From Phallusia mammillata (Eukaryota): a DNA stretch of 64,000 nucleotides. The first letter of the stretch is position 1. Each line of letters opens with the position of its first letter. This document shows, piece after piece, positions 1 to 22,605 of the stretch. A program made the position numbers and the translations under genes. The stretch lies in NCBI GenBank assembly GCA_965637545.1, contig OZ281498.1, positions 8,122,001 through 8,186,000 of the forward strand, in the 5' to 3' direction. The notes under the pieces were generated by a model. That model did no database searches, was not told the origin of the DNA, and saw only the letters and a list, made by a program, of their open reading frames with translations.

Positions 1-2
1 AT

Positions 3-581
3 AAGAGGGCATTGGATACTAAGTCAACAATTTCCTATCCTGTGGCTGGATGGAAAAACTCACATGACATTCGTAAACCATTGGAAAGACCACACTCATC
101 TAAGCAAAACAGCCGGCCACTTATTAGCCCTGCCAAACTGAACTGGCGCAGGGCTAGTCAGCGAAAACGAACATTTAATGCTTCTGAAATTTTCAAAGAA
201 TCTCCATACAAAAGCGGCAACTCGAATTGGGAACAAAAATCCAATCTTGATATTTCATTTCATGACAGCATTAGTCAAACTGGGGAGACTTTTCGGCCAG
301 AGTTAAGTGATGATGAAGACCACCCAATGTTTCAAACACCACACCGACGCAGAAGCGACATACAGAATGACGTTGATATGAACTCTTCATCACCTAAATC
401 TGTTATCTCCAACTTGTCCTGTGTTACAATGAAAAGCATAGAAGAAGTAGAAAACAGTCGCATTTGTAAATGGTTAATGTTTGGCTGCTTGCTTTTAAAT
501 TTAGTTCTGATAGTGCTGCTAATATGGGATGTAAAGGAAATCAGAGAATCACAGAATTGGAAAGCAAACTCCAAGCTTTAG
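3..581 (+). CDS. TMEM201: 3' end (last exon, partial) of TMEM201/Samp1/Ima1-like inner nuclear membrane protein
   Basis: Open frame from the window start to TAG at 579-581. Contains RPLISPAKLN (recalled vertebrate TMEM201 motif RPLISPARLN), a Ser-rich region and a C-terminal TM helix WLMFGCLLLNLVLIVLLIW. Confidence 0.7.
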   Translation, partial: KRALDTKSTISYPVAGWKNSHDIRKPLERPHSSKQNSRPLISPAKLNWRRASQRKRTFNASEIFKESPYKSGNSNWEQKSNLDISFHDSISQTGETFRPELSDDEDHPMFQTPHRRRSDIQNDVDMNSSSPKSVISNLSCVTMKSIEEVENSRICKWLMFGCLLLNLVLIVLLIWDVKEIRESQNWKANSKL

Positions 582-649
582 TTATCATGTTGTTTGAATT
601 TATTGTGTTTCCGTACCCTGTGTGTGTATTGTTGTACTTGTGACTAATG

Positions 650-811
650 CAGTGGTGGGATTCAGCCGGCTCGCATCAGTTCCATAGAACCATCTCACGA
701 AATTTTATAGCACAACTGGTTACTGTAAATGGACTTTTTGTAACAGACCTGACTGAAAAAATTGACTTTTGTGATACAGCAGGCGAACAAAAAATTTGAA
801 TCCCACCACTG
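650..811. mobile_element. hAT-type MITE, family A (TIR CAGTGGTGGGATTCA)
   Basis: TIRs cagtggtgggattca / tgaatcccaccactg; 8-bp TSD gactaatg/gactactg. Relatives at 2965, 19037, 37269 and 44085. Confidence 0.85.
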
Positions 812-1093
812 GACTACTGCATATTTTCGTTAGGTGTGGTGCAAAATGTTTTTTCTGCTTTGTCTGCAATGTATCTGGGATATCCAGTGTTAATTTTTCG
901 TTCACATGCATATAAAATGAAAGTCTGCTTTTTGGTGTAACCTAATTTTCACTGCCATTTTTTATAATCTTGATTCAAGTTCAGTTTGACCAAATAAGCT
1001 CTCTGCTATTGAATTTTTTTCACATCATTCTTTCTTTTTCACAAGCTAGGGATCAACTGTAAAATAATATGTCAATTTGATAACCCTTAGGCT

Positions 1094-2681
1094 ATGAGTC
1101 TAATCAATGGCTGCACTGAGGTCTCGTCTGAGGAGGAGTTTTATGACAAGGCCCTAGATTACTGGAAGTCTATCCCATCCACTTTGAATGGCATGCTTGG
1201 TGGATACGAACACATTTCAAGTATCGATGTAAGAGGGTCACAGTCCTTCCTCAAATACTTTGTTCAGGTATATATGTTAAAACTTTTGTGTAAAACCACA
1301 CTGCTAGTTTGTTATGTAAGTTTTGGGGTTTGTATTGTGGTCAAGATTACCAGATTGTGCAGTTATATAACTGTTTTTTTAGCTTAAATAGCGAAGTTGA
1401 CATATATATATATTGAATACAACAATTTGGTTTATACTCAGAGTTGCTGCTGAAACCAGGATTGTGTATTTGAAATATCAGGTGTTCTTGTTAACACAGT
1501 AAAAAATTACCTAGTCTTGAGACAGGCCTATAAATGGGCCTGAACACATGCATCTTTGTAAACAGCGAAAAATATTGCCCTACCCTACAAACCAAAATAG
1601 CAACTTTCATACTAGAAGTCGGAACTTACACCATGCAACCCTGGCCCAAACACATGACATTTAATTGACTTAAAACATGGAAAATGTACATTACTTAATC
1701 TTTTCTAGGGTAAACAAAAAATGGCACTCAACCGAGCCCTGGATTGTGGTGCAGGAATTGGCAGAGTTTCTAAACAGTTGTTGTTGCCAATGTTTAAAAC
1801 AGTTGACCTTGTGGAAGTAAACCAGGCTTTTCTTGATCAAGCCAAGACGTACCTTGGAGCAGAGGCTAAGAGAGTGGGCAAATACATCTGCTGTGGGTTG
1901 CAAGACCTGAAATTGGAAGAGAAAACATATGACTTAATATGGGTGCAGTGGGTTACAGGTAAGAAAGACTGGTGATCTGATTATTACATGAAGCACGTAA
2001 CAGTACTAAACAGATTTGAAACCATGAACTAGGTCAAATAACTTTTTCTGAATGTCAACATCGGTGACGCTGGTTCACCTATTAGAAGCCATCTCGGAAC
2101 ATTAACTTTAGCCTCCACAGAAAAGTATAGCGACTTGATACTGTCTGTGCCAAAAGCATTGCTTTTTATACGGTTTCTGGCAAAAGTGTGGTTTAATTTA
2201 ACATTATTATGTACCGTATCTATAATGGCATTTATGCGTAGTCATATTCGGTGATTGTTTGGTCTGTACACAGATAACTTTAGTTTTCTCAATGTTGTAG
2301 CTTTCTGTTACTGAAAAACATAAAACTGGGCTAAATAGAAACCACCTGAAGACAAAAATGCGATTGCTGGGATCCATAAACCATCTTGGTATAATATATA
2401 TATAAATATAATGTTTTTCAGGTCACCTCACTGACGAACATTTTGTAAAATTCCTGCAGCAGTGCAAGCATGGATTGTGTAATGGTGGAATAGTTGTTAT
2501 AAAGGACAATGTGGCTGTTGAGGGTGTAGAGTTGGACTCTGTTGACAGCAGCGTTACGAGAAATATACAACAACTCCAAAAAATATTTGATGCATCAGGG
2601 TTAAGGACATTAAGGCAACAAAAACAGACTCACCTACCTAAAGAGCTTTATCGTGTAACAATGACTGCATTGGGTTCCTAA
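1094..2681 (+). CDS. NTMT1: N-terminal Xaa-Pro-Lys N-methyltransferase 1; exons 1094-1267, 1709-1958, 2422-2681
   Basis: FYDKALDYW..LNGMLGGY..IS.IDV.GS, SAM motif ALDCGAGIGRVSK, YDLIWVQWVTGHLTD, VIKDN, DSSVTR, LPKELY; GT-AG junctions in phase. Confidence 0.95.
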
Positions 2682-2964
2682 CAGTATGTTCACTGAAAAA
2701 GTTTTTATGTTTTTACTTTTGTAATTGAAATTCACAGTTAAACAGTGGGGAAAACAGTAGCGTAAACACACATAGAAGACCAATATTTTAACACCGAAAA
2801 AATGTAAAAGCCTCAGAAAACAACATGATGCTTATTTTCATGTTGGAGCATAGGAAGCAGCATGCCATATTGAAAGTACACAAAAATTAAATCAGTACTC
2901 ACAACTCCCATTACCTCCTATTAAAAGTTTTTGTTCTACCATACACTATTAGTAATAAATAGAC

Positions 2965-3099
2965 CAGTGGTGGGATTCAGCTGTGTTCGCACCGGTTCTA
3001 TAGAACCGTCTAACGAAATTTTGGGAAATCAGCGAACCGGTTAGCATTACTGGTTACTGTCACACACACATCACTGAAAAAATTTAAATCCCACCACTG
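2965..3099. mobile_element. hAT-type MITE, family A
   Basis: Same TIRs as the copy at 650; perfect 8-bp TSD aaatagac. Confidence 0.85.
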
Positions 3100-3491
3100 A
3101 AATAGACTTTAATGGGAATATGCAAATAACTGATATACATAACCAGATTTGTTTGTATTCATATTGTTTGAACTGACAAGGTCCGCAAACGGAAAAATTA
3201 AAAAAAAAATAGAAAAGCATAAGCTGACATTCCAAAGGCCTATTTACACATGTAGTATAGTTTTTCATTGAATTTTAACAAATAACTAGATTTCCTTTAA
3301 GTGTCAGTTTTACACCAACACTGATTTAAGCAAAGCAAAAATAACCCCCATTTGACATTTAACCTGATGCTGTATTTAATTTCTAGTACCCATTATCAAG
3401 AACAACTGTCTGTGAACAGAGAGTAAATTTTAATCTGTTTCGTGCTTTTGCTCGGCAATTGACATTTGTACACATGTACATGAATTTAAAG

Positions 3492-11840
<8,349 letters not shown>

Positions 11841-12539
11841 TTTGATATCACAATCAAAATTATTCAGTACTTACTAAGCAATTAGCAGCTCATTAACATG
11901 TCTATATTTCTGTATGAAACAATGGTATTACCACAAGAATTTGTTTTACATTTATGATGTCTTAGCGTGTAAAAAACAATCTTTTACAGCAGGAGGGGAA
12001 ATCCATTGCAAATATTGGGGGTCTGTTTTAACTTGGAGAGTTTGATGACATAATGACAGTTGTTACACACATTAGGCAATTACAAATGCATAGGAGTTCC
12101 CTTCGACTAAATATTTTGAGGGACATGTCCCCCAGGGATTTGCACTCATGATTCACAGGGTTTCTTTGTAAGTTTATATTGCCACATACGAAATAGAACG
12201 GCCTGAATATAGATATAAACAGTGACAAGCATTATTAAACATTTAGCAAATGCTAGTGCCATATTCTGTAATGTAATGTCGCTATTGACGTCTTTATATT
12301 GACCATTTTCCTTATGAGGCCTAACAAACTCATGTACATGTATACTGATGTACAGCTGCTTCGAATCTGGGCAAATTTTCTGTTTTTTTCTTCCTGTGCA
12401 TGATGTTCAATTGCAGTGGCATAGCCCTTTACGCTTTAATACTTTATTTTGTGCACAAACTACATGCAATTTGGTCATGTTTTGCACTGTGAAGTCAGGT
12501 TTTAAAGGAAAGAGGGATTAAAAATGGAAGCAATGCCGT

Positions 12540-13400
12540 TTACGGCGTTTACGTCACAAACGTCACTTTCACTTGCAAGAGCTTGACACTTTGACGGTTA
12601 GTAAAGTAATGTAGACAATTATCAGTTATATGTGCAGCGAAGGTACGCAACGTAAATTTCAAGGTAAGGCCAACTAACACGTTTTTTTTTGCATTTGTGC
12701 AAACTACGAACAATTCTGTGAAGCGACAGCGAAAGGATATTTTGTCAAACTGTGTGTTATGAATGTCCCTTTTTCGTGTAATTATTGAAGCATGAAAACC
12801 ATCTGATAGTGACGCTGTGACGTAGAAAATCAAGATCAACAATAGTATGGCCACATGTTAGCTTGCAAAATGGTTTACTTCGAAACACTTATTGATATAG
12901 ATTGAAAGACACTATCTGCATATTATTCAATTACTGAGTTGAACGTTTAGAAATATGTTATCAATTCGTTTTGACCTCTGTTGCCACGGAAATAGTACGA
13001 AGGTTTGCTGCAGCGTATCGTCTTGCTCGTGCACTTGAATAAGCAAAAAGTTCTCGAAAAATGCTTGTGTTGATTGCTTTGTAATGCGCTTAATGAGGCG
13101 ATTTGTGTAAAAAAAAGTTGGAATGTGAGGTTGCATGTATTTTTAGTGTGAAATTTCGAGCCAATAGCAGCGGACTTAGCGGTTGTTTGGTAATAAACAC
13201 GCAAAAACGACAACACGTTTTGTGTGTGTTTTTTCAAAATTCTACAGATTCTGCTATTAATGTAGAAAACGTGACCAAACTGTGTTTACAAGATAACTCA
13301 CAACAGCATATTGACCCCTCCATGTGACTTTACACCGATTCTTTCACGTCACCCGAACATTTATTGTGACGTCACTGATTTGTGACGTAAAATAGAAAAA
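12540..13400. promoter_or_regulatory. Probable bidirectional promoter region between divergent DCAF8 and RPRD2
   Basis: Head-to-head gene arrangement and local CpG enrichment. Several CRE/ATF-like TGACGT(C/A) sites: ttacgtcac ~12549, gtgacgtag ~12817, gtgacgtcac ~13366, tgacgtaa ~13383. Confidence 0.45.
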
Positions 13401-13725
13401 AAAAATTAGAAAAAAAAATTTGCAGTTTTTTTTTCTGAAAAATGTTGCACAAAATTGCCTTTTCGAAATTTGTATGCACTTATTTTTTGTTTGTCCTCTG
13501 ATGGTGATGCTCAGCTTTATGCAAAAAGAAAGTTCTGATGCTTAGCACTGACCAATGGTCATATTTAACTCTTATAACGTGCTGTATGAAGCACCATTCC
13601 TAATCTACATATTTTTGTGTATTTCAGAAAGCAATGTGTACCAGATGTTCAATGTGTAAAACTTTGTGCATTTCTGCTGGTTATATCATTTCATAAGGCC
13701 GTAAAATCACACCAGAAAATTCATT

Positions 13726-16700
13726 ATGGCTAAACAGAAAATGAACACAGAGCAACTTGTTAAGAAACTGAAGTCAGTTTCCAACACACAAGACAGTATT
13801 CCGATGCTGTCTCTGTGGATCATTCACCACAAGTCTCATCACAAACTGATTGTGGATCAATGGCTTCAAGTTCTTAAACATTGTGAGTTGTTACATGAAA
13901 GGTCCATTCGTGAATGCTGACTAGAATTCAAAAACAAAGCCTTTAACAAAATTGGTTGAAAATATGTATCGTTAATATTGTCGTGATGCCAATTATACAA
14001 TATTTTTAAAAAAAACACTGATTTCACCTTAAAAAGTGCAATTCCTGAGACTCCAAACTGTTGGTTGATCTTCATTGCTCAGCGATAAAATATGTTGTAT
14101 GGTAATCTAAACAAAATTGATGACTGTAAATCGTGCATTTACATTATTTGTTTTAAATTTTACTAAATGTTATTATTAAAAATAACATTATGCTTTTCAA
14201 TTGTGTGTGTATTTTTTTATCGACTGTGAAATATTATCTGTTTTTTTTACATTTCAGCTAAAAGCCCTCATCGACTGACATTACTTTATTTGTGTAACGA
14301 CGTCATTCAGAACTGCCATCGCAAAAATGCTGATATTTTTAAGGATACATTTTGTGATGTGCTACCAGAAGCAATTACTTTACTGAGGTAAACCAACTAA
14401 TGCACAATATGACTTGCATAGGCATATTTAAAAGGATTACTTTTTTTATTTGTTTCTATTTTGCTTGGTGGTAATAATTTCCTTTTTTAACTGTGGGAAA
14501 AAAATTAAATGTAACTTATAAGTTAAAAAAATGATAATTATCATTGTATTGGCACATTGCTTTATTGATATGTGACATTGAGTTATACCCACTAAAGATG
14601 TGGTAAGGCATTATTTTCAGCCTGTCTGTAAGTGCCAAAATACTAACTATACAAACCTATGCAGTCAATGTCTTGTCACCAGCTGCACTGATGGAACTTA
14701 TAGGTCAAAACGGTGTGCACTGTTTGTAGCTTACTTATCATTGTATTGGCACATTGCTTTAAAATAAAATGTGTTTTTCTGGTTTCAGGGATAGTCTTAT
14801 CAGACCCAATGTGGAAAGAGTGGTGAAGATTTGGTCGAAAAGAAAAGTTCTAGACAGTGAGATTACAGATCAGCTTATTGCTGCATTGTTGACCAACAAG
14901 CCTCCCCAGAAGTTAAGAAACAAGTTGCTGGTGGAATATAAGGTAAAAATCTAATAAACCTAAACCAATATTTTCAACCAAAAGTCAGAGAACTGAAATA
15001 AGTCTGTGAAAAGCTGTTAAGAGTCTGCTGACAACCCAAGACATACAACAACCTTTATAACTGCTCTGTATAGCTTCTGCACAAAGGTTACCTGAAGGCA
15101 AAATGATAAGACCAAAAACGGTAGAAAACACTACTTTAAGTAAATGAATTCACAGTTTTGTAAACAATTTTCATGCAATATTTGCCTTTTTTATAAAATT
15201 GTACATTAAGATCATAATATATACATGCCAAAAAAACTATGCAAAAAGTCATTTGTAGATGTAAGTTTTGTATGTTTTGCTTAACTTGGGATACCTTACA
15301 CCAGCACCTATTTGTTACATAGTTTTATACAGTCTTAAAATTGTTTAGACTTCTCATCTGATCAACGAGATAAAGAAGTTTAAAGACCTGGAAGATGAAA
15401 TAGAAGCTGAACAGCAAAGACTTCGTGCGATGAGAGTAGATGTTTCCAATTATGATGCAATAAGAAGACTAAAAGGTATAAGAATGCTGTTGTTAGCCTT
15501 ACTCAAGTTACAATCTATAATTGTTGTCAGCATCTAATATGCATTGAAAATCAGATGAAATGGCATTTTTTATAATTTATTCGTGTTGAGTACATACAGT
15601 GTTTATTGAAATTTCTGTACACTGTTTATGAACGCAATTTGTTTTATGGGACCATGTTACCTCGTTCCTATGCCATGATAAGTATTTTAGGTCGTAATAT
15701 ATTTCTGGACATATTTTGCCAACAATAAATTTCTTCTTGTACACACAGACAAAATTGGAGGTGAAAAATTTTCCAAGGATTTCGAGGAATCAGCAAGCCA
15801 GGTTGAGTTGTTTTTGAAGCGCTACGATAAATTTGTGGAGAAGCGTAAACAGCTGTTAGAGCTTCTTGATCAGGGATCTGTTTATTATCATGCACAATAC
15901 CATGAAGCACAGATTGTGGTCAATGTAAGTTATAAACATTTGGTTTTATACAAAATATGGTGCTTTTCGGGAAACATGTTTCCTTAAGTTAAATTCGATC
16001 AACAGTTTGTGGAATTTTAGGCAATTAGGCAATAGGAACTGAACCATGTCCTATATTCAGAAAAAAATGTATTTTAAGAAAATAAAATGTCTTACTTATG
16101 CAACAAAAGATGTATGTTAGTTAAAACAATGTTTTTGATGTGTTTTACAGAAAAAAACTCTTACAAACTCATCACTGTTTTTCATAATTTTCTGTTTTAA
16201 ATTAGGCCACAAATTATGATGGCAAACATATAAAATACTAAGGGTTGTTGATAATAAGGTCAAAAAAGACACAAGGCAAAAACAAGTACATTTTTTTGAA
16301 GTAAGGACAACCATTTTTTTAGCATGTTGTCCATGAAGGCCAGGCCAAATCTCCAAAATGATAATGGTATGACAACCCAGCTTATAACACAAATGAAACA
16401 ACAAAAATACAGTTACCAGAAGATTATTTTACAAATTATATTTGGCAGCAGCCACAATGTTAAATGGGAAAACCAATTTCCGCCTTAATTTGTACCTTCC
16501 CCACGCATTTCTGCAGGCTTACAAGAATTTCGAGGGCAGAGTTAACAAAATGAAGAGAGGTCTGGACAAGGTCAAATCAACACTCCCTCCTGCAATCACA
16601 AGTTCCCATAATAATAATGAGGCTTTTCAAATGCAAGCCAAACAACCTGATGGCCAGGAAGATATGGAAATGTCTGATGATGACATGGAAATGGGAAGGT

Positions 16701-19700
16701 ATACATGGTTCTGATCTTTTTACACTAATTATAATGATTGTAACATAAACCAGACATAGTTTTGTGGGCCTATTTGCATAAAAGGTATGTATTTGTAGTG
16801 CAGTGGTTCCCAACCAGGGAATTTGAAAACCTGAGGGGAGGAAATTACTTTATTTTTTCATGTGGTTCATAAATAGACACTTAAGCTCTGGAAATATGGC
16901 CTGAAAATTTGATAAAAGTCCCAATTTTATGTTATCTTTGTATGCTTTAGCGTCTACTATGTAGTATATTAGGGAGGAATTCAGTGGAAAAGGTTGAGAA
17001 CCACTGGGTTAGTGCGTGAAAAATGTTACCATTTATTCACCATTGCAATAAATTGTAATTTATTTTTGAGAGACATGGAATTTGTTTCTGCCACAATATT
17101 CTACTTCAAATGAATAATAGCAGTCAATGACGCCACCATAGTATATAGTATTTCCTGTATCTATTGCTATCTGACATGAACATCTGTTTTTTTTTAAGCA
17201 AACCCTCAAAAATTGTGGCCATCAACACCAGTTTTCTGAAACCTGTCCAGAAAACAAGCCAGGAAAAGCTTTCCGAAACTGAGCAGCTTAACAATGCAAC
17301 TGAAAATATGGTAAGATCTAGTGGCTACATCCTGTTGAAAGAGATTAATTTCCTTTTTCTAGCCATAGCTTCACAGTTTTCAAAATGAGTGAATAACAAG
17401 CGCTTGTTGGAAATTGTCAAACAATTAAAAACACAACCTTGAATTTGAATGAAGGGTTAAATTAAACAAATATATTTGAAATGACTCAAAATTAAATATG
17501 ATTGTTTGTCAATATTGTACACATTGCAAATACTATTCAGCTTGAAATAAACGTTAACAGGCATTTTAAGAAACATGTGCATACTGTCTGTGAAACATTT
17601 ACAAAATTTAAGTAAAATATTTGTTAGCTTAAGTTGCTGGCAACTGGCCTGGATCCTACAAAGTCAAGTTCAGAACTGGTTGGTGATCCAATAAAGAAGG
17701 TTGGGTCAGGACTGATAAAGAGGCCAGGAATGCGAGGGGCGAGTGACCTGAAAACGACAAGTACAACTGTGGTATGAAATCGCAAGCTTATTAAATGTCA
17801 TATATATTTGGCTAGATTTGTCACATTTCAAATCTTGGTACAAAAAGATCATTGCAATCTTGCTGACAGACGATAACCAAACAGTATTGTGTATGGCATT
17901 GGGCAGTGGTTCTCAATCTTATACGGATCGCGTACCACCTGACAACTTGTTCTATTGCTGCGTACCACCTAAACCCTGTTTGAATAGATAAATCAAGAAA
18001 TGGGCCCATTTTCATAACCTGGTTAGCATATTCAGCAGGTTCAAAAGAATGTCCAAAACACGAGATTCGCCCAAACCAGGAGTGATCAGTTTTGTCAGTT
18101 GAGTTGAAATTTTATATCGGACTTAAATTATGTGTTGGCTTTATTCGGAAATAGGTATATCACAGAAATCTACTCACGTACCACCTGAAAAGTTCTGACA
18201 TACCACTAGTGGTACGCGTACCACAGTTTGAGAACCACTGACATAGGGAATATGGGATGTATGTATAAAATGCTTAAAACAGGTGCCACATGTTTTGGAC
18301 ATATCATGAAATAATCGGCTTCTGTTTACAAATTATTGCCAAGTTTTTACAATTGTAAAATATACCATGGGTAAAAACTTGCCCTAATAGTATGTGTACA
18401 GCAACAACATGTCTTAAAAATAACTTTCTCCAAACTAAGGTCCAATTGCACATGTATTTCAGAAAAAGGAAATTCCCATCGGTTCTTTGACCATTACACG
18501 ATCAATTGAACAAGCAGACAACGATTTTCTAAGGTATGAGTGTTTTTAAATTTATTCTATCTATGCCTAAATCCGAACATTGAAGTAGCAGTCTGAAGTT
18601 TTACACATGCATTTTCCTGTAAGCCCTTGCCTTATACAATGGCCTAACTTGACTTTCTCCTGCAGATAATAAATGATGCAGTCACACATTTACTTTTGAA
18701 TGTATAATAATAAATTTTTTTCAATAGATTTCAACTTTAAAGTCGGTGATATGTCTGCTGGACAACACCGTCATGTCAACGAAAAGTAAAGTAGTTTTAA
18801 AAATACGTCTGCGATCCCAAAGCTTTCCAAAGCAGTTACAAAACCCATTTGCTCTTTGCTTGTCAATGTTACATATTGTAAATTCAAATTTAAGTTGTAG
18901 ATGCCTTTCTATGTATAAGAGCATGACACACAGTTTGGAAGCAAAAATCTTGACCAGTTATCGATTATAAATTATATGATTAGAAAAAGTTTAGGAAAGT
19001 GTAATCTAAAGTCAATTTACCACTAATGGTTAAGCACAGTGGTGGTATTCAATTTTTTTTTTCACAAAAGCCGATTCTGTCACAAAAGTCACATTGTTTT
19101 AGCCATTTCATTGCAGTAAATCCATTTACAGTAACCAGTAATGCTAACCGGTTAGCTGATCTCATAATATTTTGTAAGACAAATCTATAGAACCAGTGCG
19201 AACCAGCTGAATCCCACCACTTGTTAAGCAGTAAAGCAGGTGTGGGGAACCTACTTAGTACTGCGGGCCGCATGAATTGCACAACATTTTCGGGCGGGCC
19301 AAATATATTTTTATTTTTCAAATTCCATGTAAAAATACCCTGAGCGCACGAGTGGTTTTATGTTTCATCACTCCAGATTTGATTTTTCTTTGCTGCTACA
19401 TGTTTGCAACTAACAAGGCATACAGGTTTATCACTTATTTCAACTAAAAACTAAAAGTTTGTCTATTCTTTCTGGAACACCCTAGCTCCATTACCGGTCT
19501 GTCTTTTTCCAAGTATATATTTTAAATAACAATATAAGGATCCACGCTAATAGCTCTAAAATCATTTTGAAACTAACACCACATGACACATGATTTGTTA
19601 CTGTTTTGTAAGGAAAGGCAATCAAGTGACTGTTATGTCACAAATATAGCAAGTGGTTTGAAAGTGTGGCAATTTTTATAAGTTTGACGTCATAATGTGG

Positions 19701-22015
19701 AATGGGGAGATTACCAGTAATGTCGAAACATTTTATTGTTTTTTATGCTATGTTGTATACTGTACTTTGACAAAATTGTGACAGGGGCCACATTAAAAAG
19801 GCAAGCGGGCCGCAGGTTCCCCACCCCTGCACTAAAGTTTGCAGCAAATATAATTCCTTTTCTTTTAGACTGGATCTTCCGAATGACATTGATGTTACAC
19901 TTGGCAGTGAATCGCCTCCATCGCCTACAGGTTCACCCGAGCTCAACATCTCAAGCCCACCCCGTCATCAGAGCCTCGATTCGAGACTTGCAGACTTATT
20001 TAACAACGCAACACCAGGCGAAACTGACAAACCAATAAGTGACAGTGAATCTGATGTTGGAGAGATTCCAAAGGATCCTGAAACTAAACCTCAAATACCA
20101 CAAACATCTACATCCTTGCTCCCTGGTTTAGGTGGGCTCACGGAAATAACTTCTTCAATTCCTGGACTCAACGCTACACCATCTGAAACTGTATCTATCA
20201 TTGCACCAATAAACACTACACAAAGCACTGTGGAAGGAAACAGCAGTCACGCTATTCCTGTGATTGGTGGGAGTTTGCGTGCTTTAACTTCAACTACACA
20301 AGATGGTTCATCAACACCCACTTTGGATGAAACTCCATACACAGCGCAATCTAATTTGTCTGCCAGTAGTAATTTTACTGGTATGCCAGCTTTTCTTTCA
20401 CCGCCCAGATTTAGCGGGGGCGATCCTTTGAGTTTCTTATCAAAATTCATGGACCAGGCAACAAACAGTAATTTACCCCTCAATGAGTCCATTACAACCG
20501 AACAAACATCTAAACCGAACACTGAAAATCATGTATGGCCACACACAGAAAAAGCGAATCCTGTCAGCACCAGTATACCATGGATTACAAGTGACTCAGT
20601 AACTTTACCAACTGAGCCATCAATTCCAGTTCCTCCTTCTTGGGACAGCTTTAACAAAAGTGTAGCAAAGATGACACAACCCTTTCCAGCTTCTAGCATT
20701 GCAAATTCTGAGTCTATCAACACATCTGTCCCATTACTGAAACATGAACATCCTGATGACTTACATGAGGAAACTCCAACAAAGAAAGGAAGATGGGCAG
20801 ATAGCACTCATGAGGATACCAAATATGGGTTTGTAGTATAATTTGTGGTGAAATATGTGAACTGTACCAAATGTATGCATTGGAGAATTTTTGTACATTT
20901 GATACAAAGTTAGAGTATAATACTTTTTAGGGGCTTTACTTTTTACGTTTCACTAATCATCACTTTTGATAATCTGAAGCATGTATGAAATACAGGGATA
21001 AAAATTATAGAAATGAATGAAACCTGGATTTAATTTTTAACAATTTGGTTTGCATTTTTTTGACATTTTATTTACCATCCAAGGATATATATGTACCTTT
21101 AAGTGCATTAAATGTTGTTTAACTAGAGTAATTTTGGTATACATATTTAACTACAATATTTTTGTTTACAGGAAAGAACCATTAAACAGACAGGACAGTT
21201 TCCATGCAAAAATAGATGGCAGAAGAAACAGCAATCTCATCACCCTTTCTGGTCAAAGTGCAGACCAAAAACCAGTTACTACACCTACTGAGCCTGTCAG
21301 CACATCAGCTTATGAACCTATGGCCCACTTTAGGGACATCCTTCGCAGAAAATCAGCAGAGCACCCCAGTGCAGCACCACAAACCCAAATCGCTACAGAA
21401 CATGTAAAAAAGGAACCACCCGAGCCTAAAACTGAAAGTGAATCTGATGAAAGCGTAATGCATCTGTCAACACAAGCGGTTATAACTGGCCATAGAAAAG
21501 AGTTAAGAGACTTTAAAAATACACAAGACACGATGCCTGAAAATGATCCGCATAGCTCATCAGTGTATGTAGCTTCTGACAGCCAAGATGAAGCCTTTGA
21601 AATGGAAAGAGAGGTCCCCTACTCAAATGCGGAGTTTTTGCCTCCTCTGTCTCATCACCAGGAATACCATGAAGCTGAGTTACACCGAAACAACGGGATA
21701 ATGGCATCACCCATGCGGGGGCCGCCACCAGGACGAGTCCCAGTTTATCCAAGGGAACCGCACCCTGTGGGACCTCAGATTATACGCAGGAGAAGTTACC
21801 GCGAAGAAGACTTGCTTGACTACGAGTTAGGTTTGATACAAGAAGAGAGGCGAAGGGATGCTGCAATGATGGATTCGATTTTAAGCCACGAAAGACGTTT
21901 AATCCGTCCAGTCCGTCACCCACTAAGGCCTCGTATGCGCCTGAGACACCCAGGTCCAGCACCACCGCCGCGTTTTATGGGCCATCCAAGGCCGCCGAGA
22001 ATGCGGTACTACTGA
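13726..22015 (+). CDS. RPRD2: Regulation of nuclear pre-mRNA domain-containing protein 2 (CID + coiled coil + long S/P-rich tail), about 11 exons
   Basis: CID motifs [50 protein letters not shown]; [21 protein letters not shown]; DMEMSDDD; DGSSTPT.DE; Pro/Arg-rich end PRPPRMRYY. Confidence 0.88.
16801..17006. mobile_element. hAT-type MITE (same family as 7670-8348, opposite orientation)
   Basis: cagtggttcccaacc / ggttgagaaccactg; shared internal aaatagacactt segment. Confidence 0.7.
17904..18240. mobile_element. hAT-type MITE (cgtaccac subterminal repeats)
   Basis: cagtggttctcaa / ttgagaaccactg; degenerate TSD gcattggg/acataggg. Confidence 0.75.
19037..19222. mobile_element. hAT-type MITE, family A (reverse orientation)
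   Basis: Family-A TIRs; perfect TSD gttaagca. Confidence 0.85.
19237..19829. mobile_element. hAT-type MITE
   Basis: caggtgtggggaacct / aggttccccacccctg; TSD cagtaaag/cactaaag. Confidence 0.8.
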
Positions 22016-22605
22016 TGAAGAAAGATGCTACGTTTTCAGTTCGTTTGGAAATGGTGGGTCTTGTATTGTTTTGTTGCGTGCTGCTGCTTTTATGTTTATG
22101 TTCCAAACCACGTACGTGTCGTTTGCAACCGGAATGTATATACCTAAAATGAGTTTTTTTTCGGTAAAGATAACGAATTGTTCGTTTGCTTATCTTGCTC
22201 TGATCCGAGAAATGACAATTTAAGTGACAAAGGGCATTTAAAGACGAAGAAAACAAGGACTGCTTGTTCTTACAAGAAGAAGACGATTACAATAAAGCTA
22301 AATAAACATTTAAAGCGACGTTTTTAGCTTAGGAAAAGCTTCACAAATCGTGTAAGTTGTTATAGGACTGTTACTAACCAAAGACAAAAAGGTTTTGTGC
22401 TAACAAACCTCCTTTTAACAAAGTTTCACAGATAAATAATAGCGCCGAGGTTGCGAAGCATGGAGCAGTACGCCAACTGCCGACGTCCGTAGGTTTCAAT
22501 AAGTAGGGAAACAAAATAATTAAATGTAGTGTGTGCCAAATAGGCGCTTAAAATGATTTTAGGACATCCATTTAGCCCTTAAAATATAGGTGTTTGTTTC
22601 AAATT

